64,000 nucleotides of DNA. It comes from an uncultured Bacteroidota bacterium. Lineage in GTDB: Bacteria > Bacteroidota > Bacteroidia > Chitinophagales > Chitinophagaceae. The position numbers were made by a program, and so were the translations under genes. Of the stretch, positions 1 through 10,217 are shown one piece after another. The notes below the pieces were generated by a model. That model was not told the origin of the DNA. It did not search any database and worked only from the letters and a program-made list of their open reading frames with translations. How positions within the stretch are numbered: position 1 is the stretch's first letter; every line of letters begins with the position of its first letter. The stretch lies in the NCBI GenBank assembly GCA_963711345.1, contig CAVQDS010000002.1, positions 717,869 to 781,868 on the forward strand, written 5' to 3'.

Positions 1-1035
1 ATCATTGAAAAGGCGATTCTTATTTCCATTATTATTGCTGTTTCGTTACTTGTGGCCATGTATGAAACCTATGCGGAAAGAAAAGTGGCGGCAGCGATTC
101 AGGACAGAAGAGGACCATCCCGCGCCGGTCCGGGCGGAATATTTCAACCACTGGCCGATGGTTTGAAATTGTTCATGAAAGAAGAGATCGTTCCGAATCT
201 CTCCAATAAATTTTTATTTATACTCGGTCCCGGCATTGCTATGCTGACGGCTATGATGACCAGTGCAGTCGTTCCCTGGGGAGGAAATATTCATGCTTTC
301 GGCCGCGATATTGCACTTCAGATTGCCGATGTGAATATTGGCATCCTCTATATTTTCGGCGTGGTAAGCATGGGTGTGTACGGAGTGATGATTGGGGGAT
401 GGGCATCAAATAATAAATTCTCTCTGCTGGCTGCCATCCGGGGAGCATCGCAGATTATTTCCTATGAACTGGCTATGGGTCTGACACTGATCGCCATGCT
501 GATGCTGACAGGTTCACTGAGTCTGCATACGATCGTCGGGCAGCAGCTGGATAAAACCTATTATGTAGCATATCAGCCACTGGGATTTATAATATTCCTC
601 ATTTGTGCTTTTGCCGAATGTAACCGGACGCCATTTGATTTGTCGGAAGCAGAAAGCGAATTGAACTTTGGCTATCACCAGGAATACTCGTCCATGAAAC
701 TTGGTTTTTACTTATTTGCCGAATATGTAAACATGTTCATCAGCAGCGCGGTGATGGCCACGATTTTCTGGGGCGGATATGATATCCCTTTTTTGAATGA
801 TACCAATTTCGGTCTCCTTCACGGGCAGAATCTGTTGGCGGGACTCGAAGTATTGTGTTTCTTTCTTAAGATTTGTGTCTTTATTTTCTTTTTCATATGG
901 GTCCGGTGGACGATCCCCCGGTTCCGATACGACCAGCTGATGAGGCTGGGATGGAAAACGTTGATTCCGCTGGCGATACTGAATATGCTTATAACGGGAT
1001 TTGTGGTCTTGTATCGTCAGTATGGACTTTTTTAA
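1..1035 (+). CDS. nuoH: NADH-quinone oxidoreductase subunit H (5' end lies outside the window)
   Basis: The reading frame is open from base 1. It is a polytopic membrane protein with NuoH/ND1-like motifs (AERKVAAAIQDRRGP, FAECNRTPFDLSEAESEL). It is first in a nuoH-I-J-K-L-M-N gene order. Confidence 0.9.
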   Translation: MIEKAILISIIIAVSLLVAMYETYAERKVAAAIQDRRGPSRAGPGGIFQPLADGLKLFMKEEIVPNLSNKFLFILGPGIAMLTAMMTSAVVPWGGNIHAFGRDIALQIADVNIGILYIFGVVSMGVYGVMIGGWASNNKFSLLAAIRGASQIISYELAMGLTLIAMLMLTGSLSLHTIVGQQLDKTYYVAYQPLGFIIFLICAFAECNRTPFDLSEAESELNFGYHQEYSSMKLGFYLFAEYVNMFISSAVMATIFWGGYDIPFLNDTNFGLLHGQNLLAGLEVLCFFLKICVFIFFFIWVRWTIPRFRYDQLMRLGWKTLIPLAILNMLITGFVVLYRQYGLF

Positions 1036-1110
1036 TCGTATATCGTGAATCGTCTATCGTAAATCGAAAGGCGAAAGGCGATAAGCGATCCACGATCCAC
1101 GATAAACGAT
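1035..1110. repeat. Imperfect hairpin built from 7-nt periodic units (CGTNNAT arm / CGATNNN arm)
   Basis: The left arm is atcgtatatcgtgaatcgtctatcgtaaatcg. The right arm is cgataagcgatccacgatccacgataaacgat. The ATCG blocks are complementary and the spacer positions mismatch. It lies directly after the nuoH stop codon. Confidence 0.7.
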
Positions 1111-1148
1111 TTGGAAGGTTGATTCGATAAAAATAATTTTACACAATT

Positions 1149-1697
1149 ATGCAGGCACTAACTTCAAAAGCAAAGCAGGTAGAGAGAAAGCCGATGACTT
1201 TCTGGGAAAAATTATATATCCCGGCAATTGCCAAGGGTATGTCCATAACATTCGGACATATCTTTAAGAAAAAGCCAACCATCAATTATCCTGAGCAGAC
1301 AAGACCCTTCAGCCCGGTATTCCGTGGCGTACAGGTTTTGAACCGGGATGAGGAAGGACGTGAGCGCTGCACGGCCTGTGGATTATGTGCCGTAGCTTGT
1401 CCCGCAGAAGCCATCACGATGGAAGCTGCTGAACGTTTACCCGGAGAAGAACATTTATACAGGGAAGAAAAATATGCGGTCAAGTATGAAATCAACATGC
1501 TGCGCTGTATTTTTTGTGGATTGTGTGAAGAAGCCTGTCCGAAGGATGCCGTGTATTTATCAGAAACCATGGTGCCATCCAACTACAACAGGAAAACATT
1601 TATATACGGCAAGCCCGAATTGCTGATACCCAATCCATTGACAGAACCCGAAGCTTATGCAAAAGCCAGGGGGAACAGACCTGAAAAAAATAGTTGA
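1149..1697 (+). CDS. nuoI: NADH-quinone oxidoreductase subunit I (2x[4Fe-4S] ferredoxin-type)
   Basis: It has two CxxCxxCxxxCP motifs (CTACGLCAVACP, CIFCGLCEEACP). Its size and position in the operon fit nuoI. Confidence 0.9.
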   Translation: MQALTSKAKQVERKPMTFWEKLYIPAIAKGMSITFGHIFKKKPTINYPEQTRPFSPVFRGVQVLNRDEEGRERCTACGLCAVACPAEAITMEAAERLPGEEHLYREEKYAVKYEINMLRCIFCGLCEEACPKDAVYLSETMVPSNYNRKTFIYGKPELLIPNPLTEPEAYAKARGNRPEKNS

Positions 1698-2197
1698 TGA
1701 GCGCAACCCAATTTCTATTCTGGTTTTTGAGTATACTGGCTTTATTCAGTGCCATCATGATGGTGGTGAGCAAAAATCCTGTATATAGTGTGATGTGGCT
1801 GATCGTTGTTTTCTTTGCGATATCAGGTCACTACGTTCTGCTCAATGCACAGTTTCTGGCCATCGTGAATCTTATTGTTTATGCAGGTGCCATCATGGTA
1901 CTTTTTCTATTCGTGATCATGCTGATGAACCTGAATGCGGAGACAGAACCACAAAAAAATAAATGGCTTAAGATTGCAGGTGTAATCGGCGGTGGTGCAT
2001 TATTACTCGTACTCGTGGCTTCTTTGAAAGAAGCCGACCTTCATAATCGCATCGCAGAAACCGGTAAAGGAGAAATCGGGCTGATCCATAATCTGGGAAT
2101 GGTTTTGTTTAAAGAATATGTAATTCCTTTTGAGATCAGCAGTGTTCTGTTTCTGAGTGCCATGGTCGGGACGGTGGTGATAGGGAAGAAAGATTGA
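1694..2197 (+). CDS. nuoJ: NADH-quinone oxidoreductase subunit J
   Basis: It is a 167-aa hydrophobic protein. Its start overlaps the nuoI stop by 4 nt, and operon synteny fits nuoJ. Confidence 0.85.
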   Translation: MMSATQFLFWFLSILALFSAIMMVVSKNPVYSVMWLIVVFFAISGHYVLLNAQFLAIVNLIVYAGAIMVLFLFVIMLMNLNAETEPQKNKWLKIAGVIGGGALLLVLVASLKEADLHNRIAETGKGEIGLIHNLGMVLFKEYVIPFEISSVLFLSAMVGTVVIGKKD

Positions 2198-2202
2198 ACT
2201 AA

Positions 2203-2336
2203 GTGTGAGGGTGTGAGAGTGTGAGAGTGTGAGGGTAAATTCATTCGCAAATTGAAAAATATTAATGATATGAGAAATGAAAGTATGACAGTGAAAAATG
2301 TATTCTCACACTCTCACACTCTCACACTCTCACACT
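2203..2336. repeat. Long inverted repeat: (GTGTGAGR)x4 arm and (TCTCACAC)x4 arm around an AT-rich ~66-nt loop
   Basis: Arm 2203-2236 (gtgtgagggtgtgagagtgtgagagtgtgagggt) is complementary to arm 2304-2335 (tctcacactctcacactctcacactctcacac). It fills the nuoJ-nuoK spacer. Confidence 0.85.
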
Positions 2337-2346
2337 AAAAGAAATT

Positions 2347-2676
2347 ATGCCCATTAACTACTATATATTTCTCGCGGTAGCATTGTTCTGCATCGGCGTA
2401 GCGGGTGTCCTGACGCGCAGGAATGCTATCATTATTTTCATGTGCATCGAACTGATGCTGAACGCGGTGAATTTACTGCTGATTGCTTTTTCTAAAATGC
2501 ATCACGCAACAGCTGCTGTGACAGACCCGAATGCAGGTATCAACGGACAAATATTTGTTTTTTTCATCATGGTGGTCGCTGCCGCGGAAGTGAGTGTGGG
2601 ACTGGCCATCATCGCCATGATGTATAGGAATACGCATTCGGTGGATGTCAATTTTTTAAATCGTTTAAAACATTAA
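2347..2676 (+). CDS. nuoK: NADH-quinone oxidoreductase subunit K
   Basis: It is a 109-aa three-helix membrane protein with a conserved glutamate in the motif [14 protein letters not shown]. Synteny fits nuoK. Confidence 0.85.
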   Translation: MPINYYIFLAVALFCIGVAGVLTRRNAIIIFMCIELMLNAVNLLLIAFSKMHHATAAVTDPNAGINGQIFVFFIMVVAAAEVSVGLAIIAMMYRNTHSVDVNFLNRLKH

Positions 2677-2870
2677 AGCCTAAAGCCGAAAGCTTAAAGC
2701 CGAAAGCTTAAAGCCGAAAACTAAAACAAGTGTGAGAGTGTGAGAGTGTGAGAGTGTGAGAGAGGGTTTTCAAGTTAGTACTAGAATTAATAATCAATAA
2801 TAAAAATAGTTCCGGGCTTTTGGCTTTCTGCTTAAAAAAGTTTTAGGCTTTAGGCTTTGGGCTTTAGGCT
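2675..2870. repeat. Composite periodic-repeat structure: (NAAAGCY)x7 arm, unpaired (GTGTGAGA)x4 block, complementary (RGCTTTN) arm
   Basis: Positions 2675-2721 (aaagcctaaagccgaaagcttaaagccgaaagcttaaagccgaaaac) pair with 2812-2870 (gggcttttggctttctgctt...ttaggctttaggctttgggctttaggct). Positions 2730-2764 are a third copy of the GTGTGAGA block. Confidence 0.8.
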
Positions 2871-2878
2871 AATTAAAA

Positions 2879-4768
2879 ATGTCATATTACATCTACCTGG
2901 TCCCCTTATTTCCCCTGATCGGTTTTTTGATCAACGGACTATTCAGGAAATCGATTCCTAAATCGCTTTCCGGTTTAATTGGTTCCGCCACGATCCTGGC
3001 ATCTTTCATTGTGAGCGCCGGGATTTTCTTTCAGGTGAAACAGGAAGGATTTCAACCCGTGATCGTCACTCTCTTTCAGTTTATTCATGCGGACAAACTC
3101 ACCATTCCGTTCTCTTTTCTCGTAGATCCGCTTTCCACTTTATTCCTGCTCATCATTACCGGCGTCGGTTTTCTGATCCACTTATATTCCGTCGGATATA
3201 TGAAGGAGGAGAATGCACCGGATTATGCAAAATATTTCTGCTACCTGAATCTCTTTGTTTTTTTCATGCTCCTCCTGGTTCTGGGATCGAATTACGTGAT
3301 CCTCTTTATAGGATGGGAAGGCGTCGGTCTGTGTTCTTACCTGCTCATCGGTTATTGGTTTAAAAATATCGACTACGATAACGCTGCAAAAAAAGCATTC
3401 ATCATGAACCGCATTGGAGATGTCGGTTTCCTGATCGCCATCTTTGCCCTCGTTTTTAAATTTAATTCTGTTTCTTTCGATACCATATTTCATGCGGCAC
3501 CCACAGCTACTACAGGATTCCTTACCGCAGTCACTTTATTATTATTCCTGGGAGCCACAGGAAAATCTGCACAGATACCTCTTTATACATGGTTACCCGA
3601 TGCGATGGCCGGGCCCACGCCGGTATCTGCACTGATACATGCAGCTACCATGGTAACAGCAGGTATATATATGATTGCACGCAGTCATGTTTTGTATAAT
3701 CTCGCACCCGTCAGTCAGACTGTCGTAGCTATTACAGGGCTCGCCACTATTATCCTGGCGGCATTGATTGCAGTAAAACAAAATGATATTAAAAAAGTAC
3801 TGGCTTATTCCACCGTCAGCCAGCTGGGTTATATGTTTCTCGGTCTCGGTGTAGGCGCATATAATGAAGCAGTATTTCATGTGCTGACACATGCCTTCTT
3901 CAAAGCATTATTATTCCTCTGCGCGGGATCGGTTATTCACGCTATGAGCGGCGAACAGGATATCCGCAGCATGGGCGGATTGAAAAAATATTTGCCCATC
4001 ACCCATTTCACATTTCTGATGGGCTGTCTGGCCATTTCCGGCATTCCGCCTTTTTCAGGTTTCTTTTCCAAAGATGAAATCCTGACGGCTGCTTATGGAA
4101 AGAATCCTGTTTATTTTATTGTCGGCGTTGCAGGTGCGATGATCACAGCCTTTTATATGTTTCGTTTGTATGCAACTACCTTTCTTGGAAATTTTCGCGG
4201 ATCAGAAAAACAACAGCATCACCTGCATGAAAGTCCTTCCACGATGACGATTCCACTTGTAGTGCTGGCAATTCTTGCAGTGGTCGGAGGGTTTTTAGGA
4301 GTGCCCGAATTGTTTGCAAAAAATTCAAACCTCCTGGCTCATTTTCTTAATCCCGTATTGGGTGGAGAAGGAAACGCTATGGAAATTCCGGCTTCAACAG
4401 AATGGATGCTGATGGGCATATCAACAATACTCGCGATCTCCATGGTGCTTTATGCTTTATCAAGATTCAGTAAAAAACCTGAGCTGGGCGAGCCCGTAGG
4501 ATTCGGGAAATGGATGGCGGATAAATTTTATGTGGATGAAATATATGATGCGCTGATCGTGAAACCTCTGAATGCACTGGCTGATTTCTTTAACCAGGTA
4601 ATCGAAAAGAAACTGATCGACGGTTTGGTGAATGGAACAGGACGACTGGTGCAATACAGCAGCCGTCAGCTGCGGTATCTTCAAAGCGGACAGGTGGGTG
4701 GATATGTGTTATTGATGGTCATTGGTACGGTACTCTTATTTGTTGTGCAATTGTTTTTGCGAAAATAA
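2879..4768 (+). CDS. nuoL: NADH-quinone oxidoreductase subunit L
   Basis: It is a 629-aa Mrp-antiporter-like subunit with typical NuoL/ND5 motifs (WEGVGLCSYLLIGYW, TPVSALIHAATMVTAG). Synteny fits nuoL. Confidence 0.9.
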   Translation: MSYYIYLVPLFPLIGFLINGLFRKSIPKSLSGLIGSATILASFIVSAGIFFQVKQEGFQPVIVTLFQFIHADKLTIPFSFLVDPLSTLFLLIITGVGFLIHLYSVGYMKEENAPDYAKYFCYLNLFVFFMLLLVLGSNYVILFIGWEGVGLCSYLLIGYWFKNIDYDNAAKKAFIMNRIGDVGFLIAIFALVFKFNSVSFDTIFHAAPTATTGFLTAVTLLLFLGATGKSAQIPLYTWLPDAMAGPTPVSALIHAATMVTAGIYMIARSHVLYNLAPVSQTVVAITGLATIILAALIAVKQNDIKKVLAYSTVSQLGYMFLGLGVGAYNEAVFHVLTHAFFKALLFLCAGSVIHAMSGEQDIRSMGGLKKYLPITHFTFLMGCLAISGIPPFSGFFSKDEILTAAYGKNPVYFIVGVAGAMITAFYMFRLYATTFLGNFRGSEKQQHHLHESPSTMTIPLVVLAILAVVGGFLGVPELFAKNSNLLAHFLNPVLGGEGNAMEIPASTEWMLMGISTILAISMVLYALSRFSKKPELGEPVGFGKWMADKFYVDEIYDALIVKPLNALADFFNQVIEKKLIDGLVNGTGRLVQYSSRQLRYLQSGQVGGYVLLMVIGTVLLFVVQLFLRK

Positions 4769-4773
4769 ATCTT

Positions 4774-6240
4774 ATGGTTCCTGTTTTACTCATCGGGATT
4801 CCGCTGCTCGCGGGTCTGATCGGATTCTCGCTGAAGGATGCTGCTGCCAAAACCTGGGCTTTGTTTGCCTCATTACTCACGCTGGGCGTGTCCCTCTTTG
4901 GAATTAGTCTGCCGAAAGATAGCAGGCAACTCATTTTTAATGAACCCTGGATGGGTTCACTGAACAGTCATTTCGCCATCAGTCTGGATGGGACCGGACA
5001 GATACTATGTCTGCTCACAGCCGTTGCTTTTCCACTCATTTTTATTTCAACATGGAAAGAAGAATATAAGAAAGCGCATAATTTTTTCGGACTGATGTTA
5101 TTGTCACAGGCTGGTCTTCTCGGAGTATTCCTGGCCGGTGACGCACTCCTGTTTTATTTTTTCTGGGAACTGGCCCTGATACCTGTTTATTTTCTCGCCT
5201 CTCAATGGGGTGGTGAAAAGAGAATCGCGGCTACGTTTAAATTCTTCATATATACTTTCCTTGGATCGCTGATGATGCTCATCGCCATCATCTATATTTA
5301 TTTTCATACAAAAGATCGCTCATTTTCGCTCTCGGCTTTTTATCAGGCGCACCTGATCATATCGCAGGAGGCACAGGGCTGGTTGTTCTGGTTCATGTTT
5401 GTTGCGTTTGCCGTGAAGATGCCCATCTTTCCTTTTCACACCTGGCAGCCGGATACCTATGAACAATCCCCCACAGCGGTAACAATGGTGCTCAGCGGGC
5501 TCATGGTAAAAATGGGTGTTTTTGGCTTGCTTCGCTGGCTGGCGCCGGTACTTCCTATGGGCACATATATATGGGGCGATACGATATCAATGCTGTGTAT
5601 CATCGGAATGATCTATGCATCGCTGATCGCCATGCGGCAGGATGATTTGAAAAGAATGATTGCCTATTCTTCCATTGCACATATCGGGCTGATGTGCCTG
5701 GCTGTTTTTGCTACAACGGAAATAGCCATTCAGGGTGTGATGATCCAGATGTTCAATCACGGAATCAATATCATTGGTTTGTGGATCGTCGTGTATATTA
5801 TCGAAAAACAATTCAAGACCCGCAAGATCAGTGAACTTGGGGGACTGGCTAGCAAAGCGCCGGTACTCACCGCTATGCTGGTAATTATCACGCTGGCTAA
5901 TATCGCACTTCCCCTCACGAATGGATTTATCGGGGAATTCCTGATGTTCACCGGAATATATTCTTCCAAAGCAACGGTATATAATGTGGTGTTTACAGTA
6001 ACAGCCTCCCTTACGATTATTTTGTCGGCCGTATATATGTTGAATATGGTGCAGCGCGTATTTTATGGACCAACGAATACGCTGACGGATAAAGCTGTGG
6101 ATATCCGTATGAATGAAAAATTAGTTCTCGGGATCATTGTTGTATTGATTGTTGTTGTGGGCATTTACCCTGAACCCTTATTCAGGCTTACACAGGATTC
6201 GGTAAATGCGCTGCTTTCAAAAATGTTCGTAAAACCCTAA
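4774..6240 (+). CDS. nuoM: NADH-quinone oxidoreductase subunit M
   Basis: It is a 488-aa antiporter-like subunit with a NuoM/ND4-like core (FPFHTWQPDTYEQSPTAVTMVLSG). Synteny fits nuoM. Confidence 0.9.
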   Translation: MVPVLLIGIPLLAGLIGFSLKDAAAKTWALFASLLTLGVSLFGISLPKDSRQLIFNEPWMGSLNSHFAISLDGTGQILCLLTAVAFPLIFISTWKEEYKKAHNFFGLMLLSQAGLLGVFLAGDALLFYFFWELALIPVYFLASQWGGEKRIAATFKFFIYTFLGSLMMLIAIIYIYFHTKDRSFSLSAFYQAHLIISQEAQGWLFWFMFVAFAVKMPIFPFHTWQPDTYEQSPTAVTMVLSGLMVKMGVFGLLRWLAPVLPMGTYIWGDTISMLCIIGMIYASLIAMRQDDLKRMIAYSSIAHIGLMCLAVFATTEIAIQGVMIQMFNHGINIIGLWIVVYIIEKQFKTRKISELGGLASKAPVLTAMLVIITLANIALPLTNGFIGEFLMFTGIYSSKATVYNVVFTVTASLTIILSAVYMLNMVQRVFYGPTNTLTDKAVDIRMNEKLVLGIIVVLIVVVGIYPEPLFRLTQDSVNALLSKMFVKP

Positions 6241-6258
6241 ATGAAGAACCAGTAAGCT

Positions 6259-7650
6259 ATGAATGCGATCATAACGTCGGCAATTTTGGGAGTGATCATG
6301 ATGTTCAGTGGAATTTTTCTGAAGAAGAATTCTTCCATTCGGCTTTGGCCATACTCTGCATCCTGGTACTTCTGATCATGAGCATACTGGATATGAGCGG
6401 GTATCATTTTTTTCCGGTGGATACACATAACATGCTTGAATTTGAAGCATTCGGCCACCTGATTAATTGTATTGCCTTCGCCTGCACACTGGCTTATTTT
6501 CTGTTGAATGCCCGGGATATCGCTTCCATCGGAAATAATCCCGGTGAATATTTTGCACTGATCTTTTTTGTGCTTTGCGGAATTTCCATCGCTACATCTT
6601 TTAACAGCCTGCTCATGTTATTTATCGGGATAGAAATTATTTCCATTCCGCTCTACATACTAACAGGCAGCGATAAACGAAATTTAAAAAGTAATGAAGC
6701 CTCCCTGAAATATTTCCTGATGGGTGCTTTCAGTACGGGTATCATGCTGCTGGGAATCGCCTTTTTATATGGCTCAAGCGCAAAGGGAAGTTTTTTTCTG
6801 GACGATCTCGCACCGGTAAAATCAGCCACTGCATCGCCGATGATGATGACGGGACTGATACTTCTGATGATTTCCATGGCCTTTAAAGTATCTGCGGCCC
6901 CATTTCATTTCTGGACACCGGACGTATACGACGGAGCGCCTACGGTTATCACTTCATTCATGGCTACCGTGGTGAAAGCGGGAACTTTTATTGCATTCAT
7001 CCGTTTATTTGGGAATGCTTTTTCTGATATTAAAGTCGCAGTGGCAGATCTACATTGCCATTATAGCTGCTACCACACTCTTCATCGGGAATATTACGGC
7101 AGTATTCCAGCAAAGCGTCAAACGAATGCTGGCCTATTCGAGTATCGCCCAGGTGGGATTCATGCTCTTATCCATTCTAACACTGAACACGCTGGCCAAG
7201 GAAGGTATCCTCCTGTATGTTGCGGTTTATAGTGTGGCAACCATTGGCTTATTCGCAATCCTGGTGAAAATGAAGGACTTTAGTTTTGATGGTTTTAACG
7301 GAATGGCAAAAAGGTATCCGGTAGTGGCGTTTGCTGCAACCATCTTTTTGTTATCGCTTGCAGGCATTCCTCTTACAGGTGGATTTATGGCGAAATATTA
7401 TATGATTGCTTCCGTAATGGTAACAGGTTCTTATCTCTGGCTGGTGATATTCGCCCTGCTTTGCGCTACCGTGAGCGTGTACTATTATTTCCGGGTCATC
7501 CAGGCCATGTACTTCAAAGACGGGGTGGCGCAGGAACTGGAAATCGGACCCGGATTTCAGCTGATGCTGATTTTACTTTCACTGGTAATCATTCTCCTTG
7601 GTATATTCCCCCAGCTGCTGATCGACCGTTTATACATTATTTATATCTGA
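6259..7650 (+). pseudogene. nuoN: NADH-quinone oxidoreductase subunit N, interrupted by two apparent frameshifts
   Basis: The N-terminus (MNAIITSAILGVIMMFSG..) starts at ATG 6259 in frame 1. The body (6345-7030) is in frame 3, and the C-terminal part (6991-7650, ..KRMLAYSSIAQVGF..) returns to frame 1. The joins are at about 6320-6347 and 7030-7040. Confidence 0.8.
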
Positions 7651-7713
7651 TTCCGGGATTGACGGTGTTAAGTCAGTAAAGAATCTTTAAATTAGCCCTG
7701 CATTAAGAGACAT

Positions 7714-9005
7714 ATGAGGATACTTGATATTCTTTCACTTTCTTTTCGTACCATCAGGAGCAATAAACTCCGGACGGGCATTACGGTAGCCATCATCGCA
7801 TTCGGTATCATGGCCCTGGTAGGTATCAATACCGCCATTGATGCCATGAAACAGAAATTCACAGAGAGTTTTGCTTCGATGGGATCCAATGGTTTTACAA
7901 TCCATTATAAGGATTACCAGTTTTTCGGTAATAACAATCAGGTAACAAAAGAAAAAAAGGAGCCAAAAAAGATAAAGTCTCCAATAATAAAATACCCATT
8001 ACCAAGGATCAGGCGGAACTCTTCAAACAAAACTATCACTTCCCTTCCAAAGTATCCCTCAGTCTGCGTGGAGGCAACAGCAATATCGTTTCACTGGGAA
8101 GTTCAAAAACCAATCCGACGGTGCAAGTGACAGGAGGCGATGAAGACTATGCCGAACTCAACGGCTATACACTGAATGCGGGCCGCTCGCTAAATGAACT
8201 GGATGTAGAATCCGGAAGAAATGTTTGTATTATAGGAAGCGACCTGGTTACGAAATTTTTCGGGGGAAATCCGGAACGTGCCATAGAAAAAATCATAAAA
8301 ATCAACGGACTTCCCTTCCGCGTTATCGGAACCATGGAATCCAAAGGATCCAGCATCGGCAGGAGCTTTGATAATGTGATCATCACTTCCTATAATAATG
8401 TAAGGAGGTTTTTCGTAAGCGGATCTGTCAACATGTTCAATCCCGCACCATCTTTCAATATACAGGTAAAAGTACCCGACGTAAACCAGGTGAGCCTGGC
8501 GATCGGCGAAGCTGAAGGTGTATTTCGGCCTATCAGGAGAATAAACACAACAGATGCCAGCAATTTTGTAATAGATAAAAGCGACCGGTTTGTGGAACAA
8601 CTTCTGTCCAACCTTTCTTTAATAACTTATTGCGCGATTGCGATCGGGGCAATTACACTGCTGGGAGCTGCAGTGGGTTTGATGAATATCATGCTGGTTT
8701 CTGTCACAGAGAGAACAAAGGAAATTGGTTTGGTCAAAGCCATCGGTGGAAGGAAGGGTAGTATTCGCCAGCAATTTTTATATGAATCCATCATGATCAG
8801 TTTACTGGGCGCTGTTTTTGGAAGCTTCTTAGGCATCCTGATCGGAAATGTCTTTTCTCTTGTACTCAATACCGGATTTGTATTTCCATGGATCTGGCTT
8901 TTCCTTGGAATGGCTATTTGTACCGGGGTCGGAATACTGGCCGGAATATATCCTTCATTAAAAGCTTCCCGGTTAAATCCCATTCAGGCTTTACGTTATG
9001 AATAA
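7714..9005 (+). pseudogene. ABC transporter permease, MacB/FtsX family, one apparent frameshift in an A7 run
   Basis: ORFs 7714-8130 and 8121-9005 together give an N-terminal TM helix, a MacB-type periplasmic domain and C-terminal FtsX helices. The second frame is open from 7935, so the switch is at aaagaaaaaaagg (A7, 7952-7958). Confidence 0.8.
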
Positions 9006-9236
9006 TTTATAAAATTTCATTCAGAATGAATACAGGCAAGGGTTTGCTTACAAATGAATTAAATTGAAAGAATAACTATTTTCCATTTGGCATTCAGGAA
9101 ATTTACTATATTGTGTTCCCTACGAATAAACCAGGTACACCGGATTTCCTATTGAAAAGGTTTTAAAAGCATCCCGTTCGCTTTATTCAATTACCATATT
9201 CTTTAAATTTTTCTTAAACACTAAAAACAAACGATC

Positions 9237-10100
9237 ATGGCTGAAACAAGACCGACTGCAACGGCTGCAGCGAAACCTGCATCAAGTGTACAACCTGCGA
9301 AGAGTGGCAATTCTATTTCCTGGATGGCCCCTTTGGCCTGTGTAATTATTGGATTTTTAATCTGGAGATTTTTAATTGGTGACCCGGATAATTTTACAAA
9401 ACCCGATCTCAATGGAGGTTTCTGGCCCAGCCATGAAGGAGCGAAAACTGCTCTTGCACGTATGTATCTGGGAGGGATCATTGTACCGATTTTAATAGGT
9501 TGCCTGCTTACCGTACTTACTTTCGTAGTTGAAAGGTTCTTAACAATTATCAAAGCCACAGGAAGTGGTAATATCAATGAATTCATCCGCAAAGTGCAAT
9601 ACCATCTGGCCAATAAAAATGTTGACAGTGCCATTGCAGAATGCGATCGTCAGAAAGGCAGTGTTGGCAATGTAATGAAAGCCGGTCTGCGCAGGTACAA
9701 AGAAATGATCACCAACAGCGAACTGGATACAGAACAGAAAGTGCTGGCCATTCAGAAAGAAGTGGAAGAAGCCACAGCGCTTGAATTGCCCATGCTTGAA
9801 AAAAACCTGGTATTCCTTTCCACCATCGCTTCCGTTGCAACCCTGTTGGGATTGCTTGGAACGGTAATGGGAATGATCCGTTCATTTGCCGCCCTGGGTG
9901 ACAGTGGCGGTGGAGAAGCCGCATCGAAACTGAGCCAGGGTATTTCTGAAGCCCTGTATAATACGGCACTCGGGATTGGAACATCAGCTATATCCATCAT
10001 AATGTATAACGTATTCACCACCAAGATCGATGGTATCACGTATGGTATTGATGAAAGCGGATTTACTTTGACTCAAAGTTTTGCGTCACTGTACAAATAG
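9237..10100 (+). CDS. exbB: MotA/TolQ/ExbB proton-channel family protein
   Basis: The C-terminal channel motifs are LLGLLGTVMGMIRSF and ISEALYNTALGIG. It is followed by two exbD-like genes and tonB. Confidence 0.85.
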   Translation: MAETRPTATAAAKPASSVQPAKSGNSISWMAPLACVIIGFLIWRFLIGDPDNFTKPDLNGGFWPSHEGAKTALARMYLGGIIVPILIGCLLTVLTFVVERFLTIIKATGSGNINEFIRKVQYHLANKNVDSAIAECDRQKGSVGNVMKAGLRRYKEMITNSELDTEQKVLAIQKEVEEATALELPMLEKNLVFLSTIASVATLLGLLGTVMGMIRSFAALGDSGGGEAASKLSQGISEALYNTALGIGTSAISIIMYNVFTTKIDGITYGIDESGFTLTQSFASLYK

Positions 10101-10160
10101 TCGTGAATCGTATATCGTTTATCGTATATCGATCTACGATCCACGATCCACGATAAACGA
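10101..10160. repeat. Heptamer-periodic hairpin of the CGTNNAT family
   Basis: The arm tcgtgaatcgtatatcgtttatcgtatatcg faces atctacgatccacgatccacgataaacga with almost no loop. It has the same unit composition as 1035-1110 and 12377-12443. Confidence 0.7.
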
Positions 10161-10217
10161 ATTTATGGAATCTGATGAATTTAGCATCTAAACAAAAAGC
10201 ATTTAAATAGAAAAAAT

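Noticed and set aside
2203-2870. Possible CRISPR array. Other tandem repeats, including the decamers, raise the same question.
   Set aside because: The units are 7-10 nt and directly abut each other with no spacers. CRISPR repeats are roughly 24-48 nt and are separated by unique spacers. No cas genes are present.
3182-5969. Antisense and out-of-frame ORFs within nuoL and nuoM (for example 3182-3493 -, 3593-3892 -, 5587-5811 -).
   Set aside because: They are fully embedded in strongly supported membrane-subunit genes. They have no recognisable motifs and are typical shadow ORFs.
9100-9120. A possible Bacteroidetes -7 promoter element (TAnnTTTG-like tatattgtg) upstream of exbB.
   Set aside because: It is only a partial match found by eye in AT-rich DNA. 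Without a -33 element at the right spacing or transcript data, it is not supportable as a feature.
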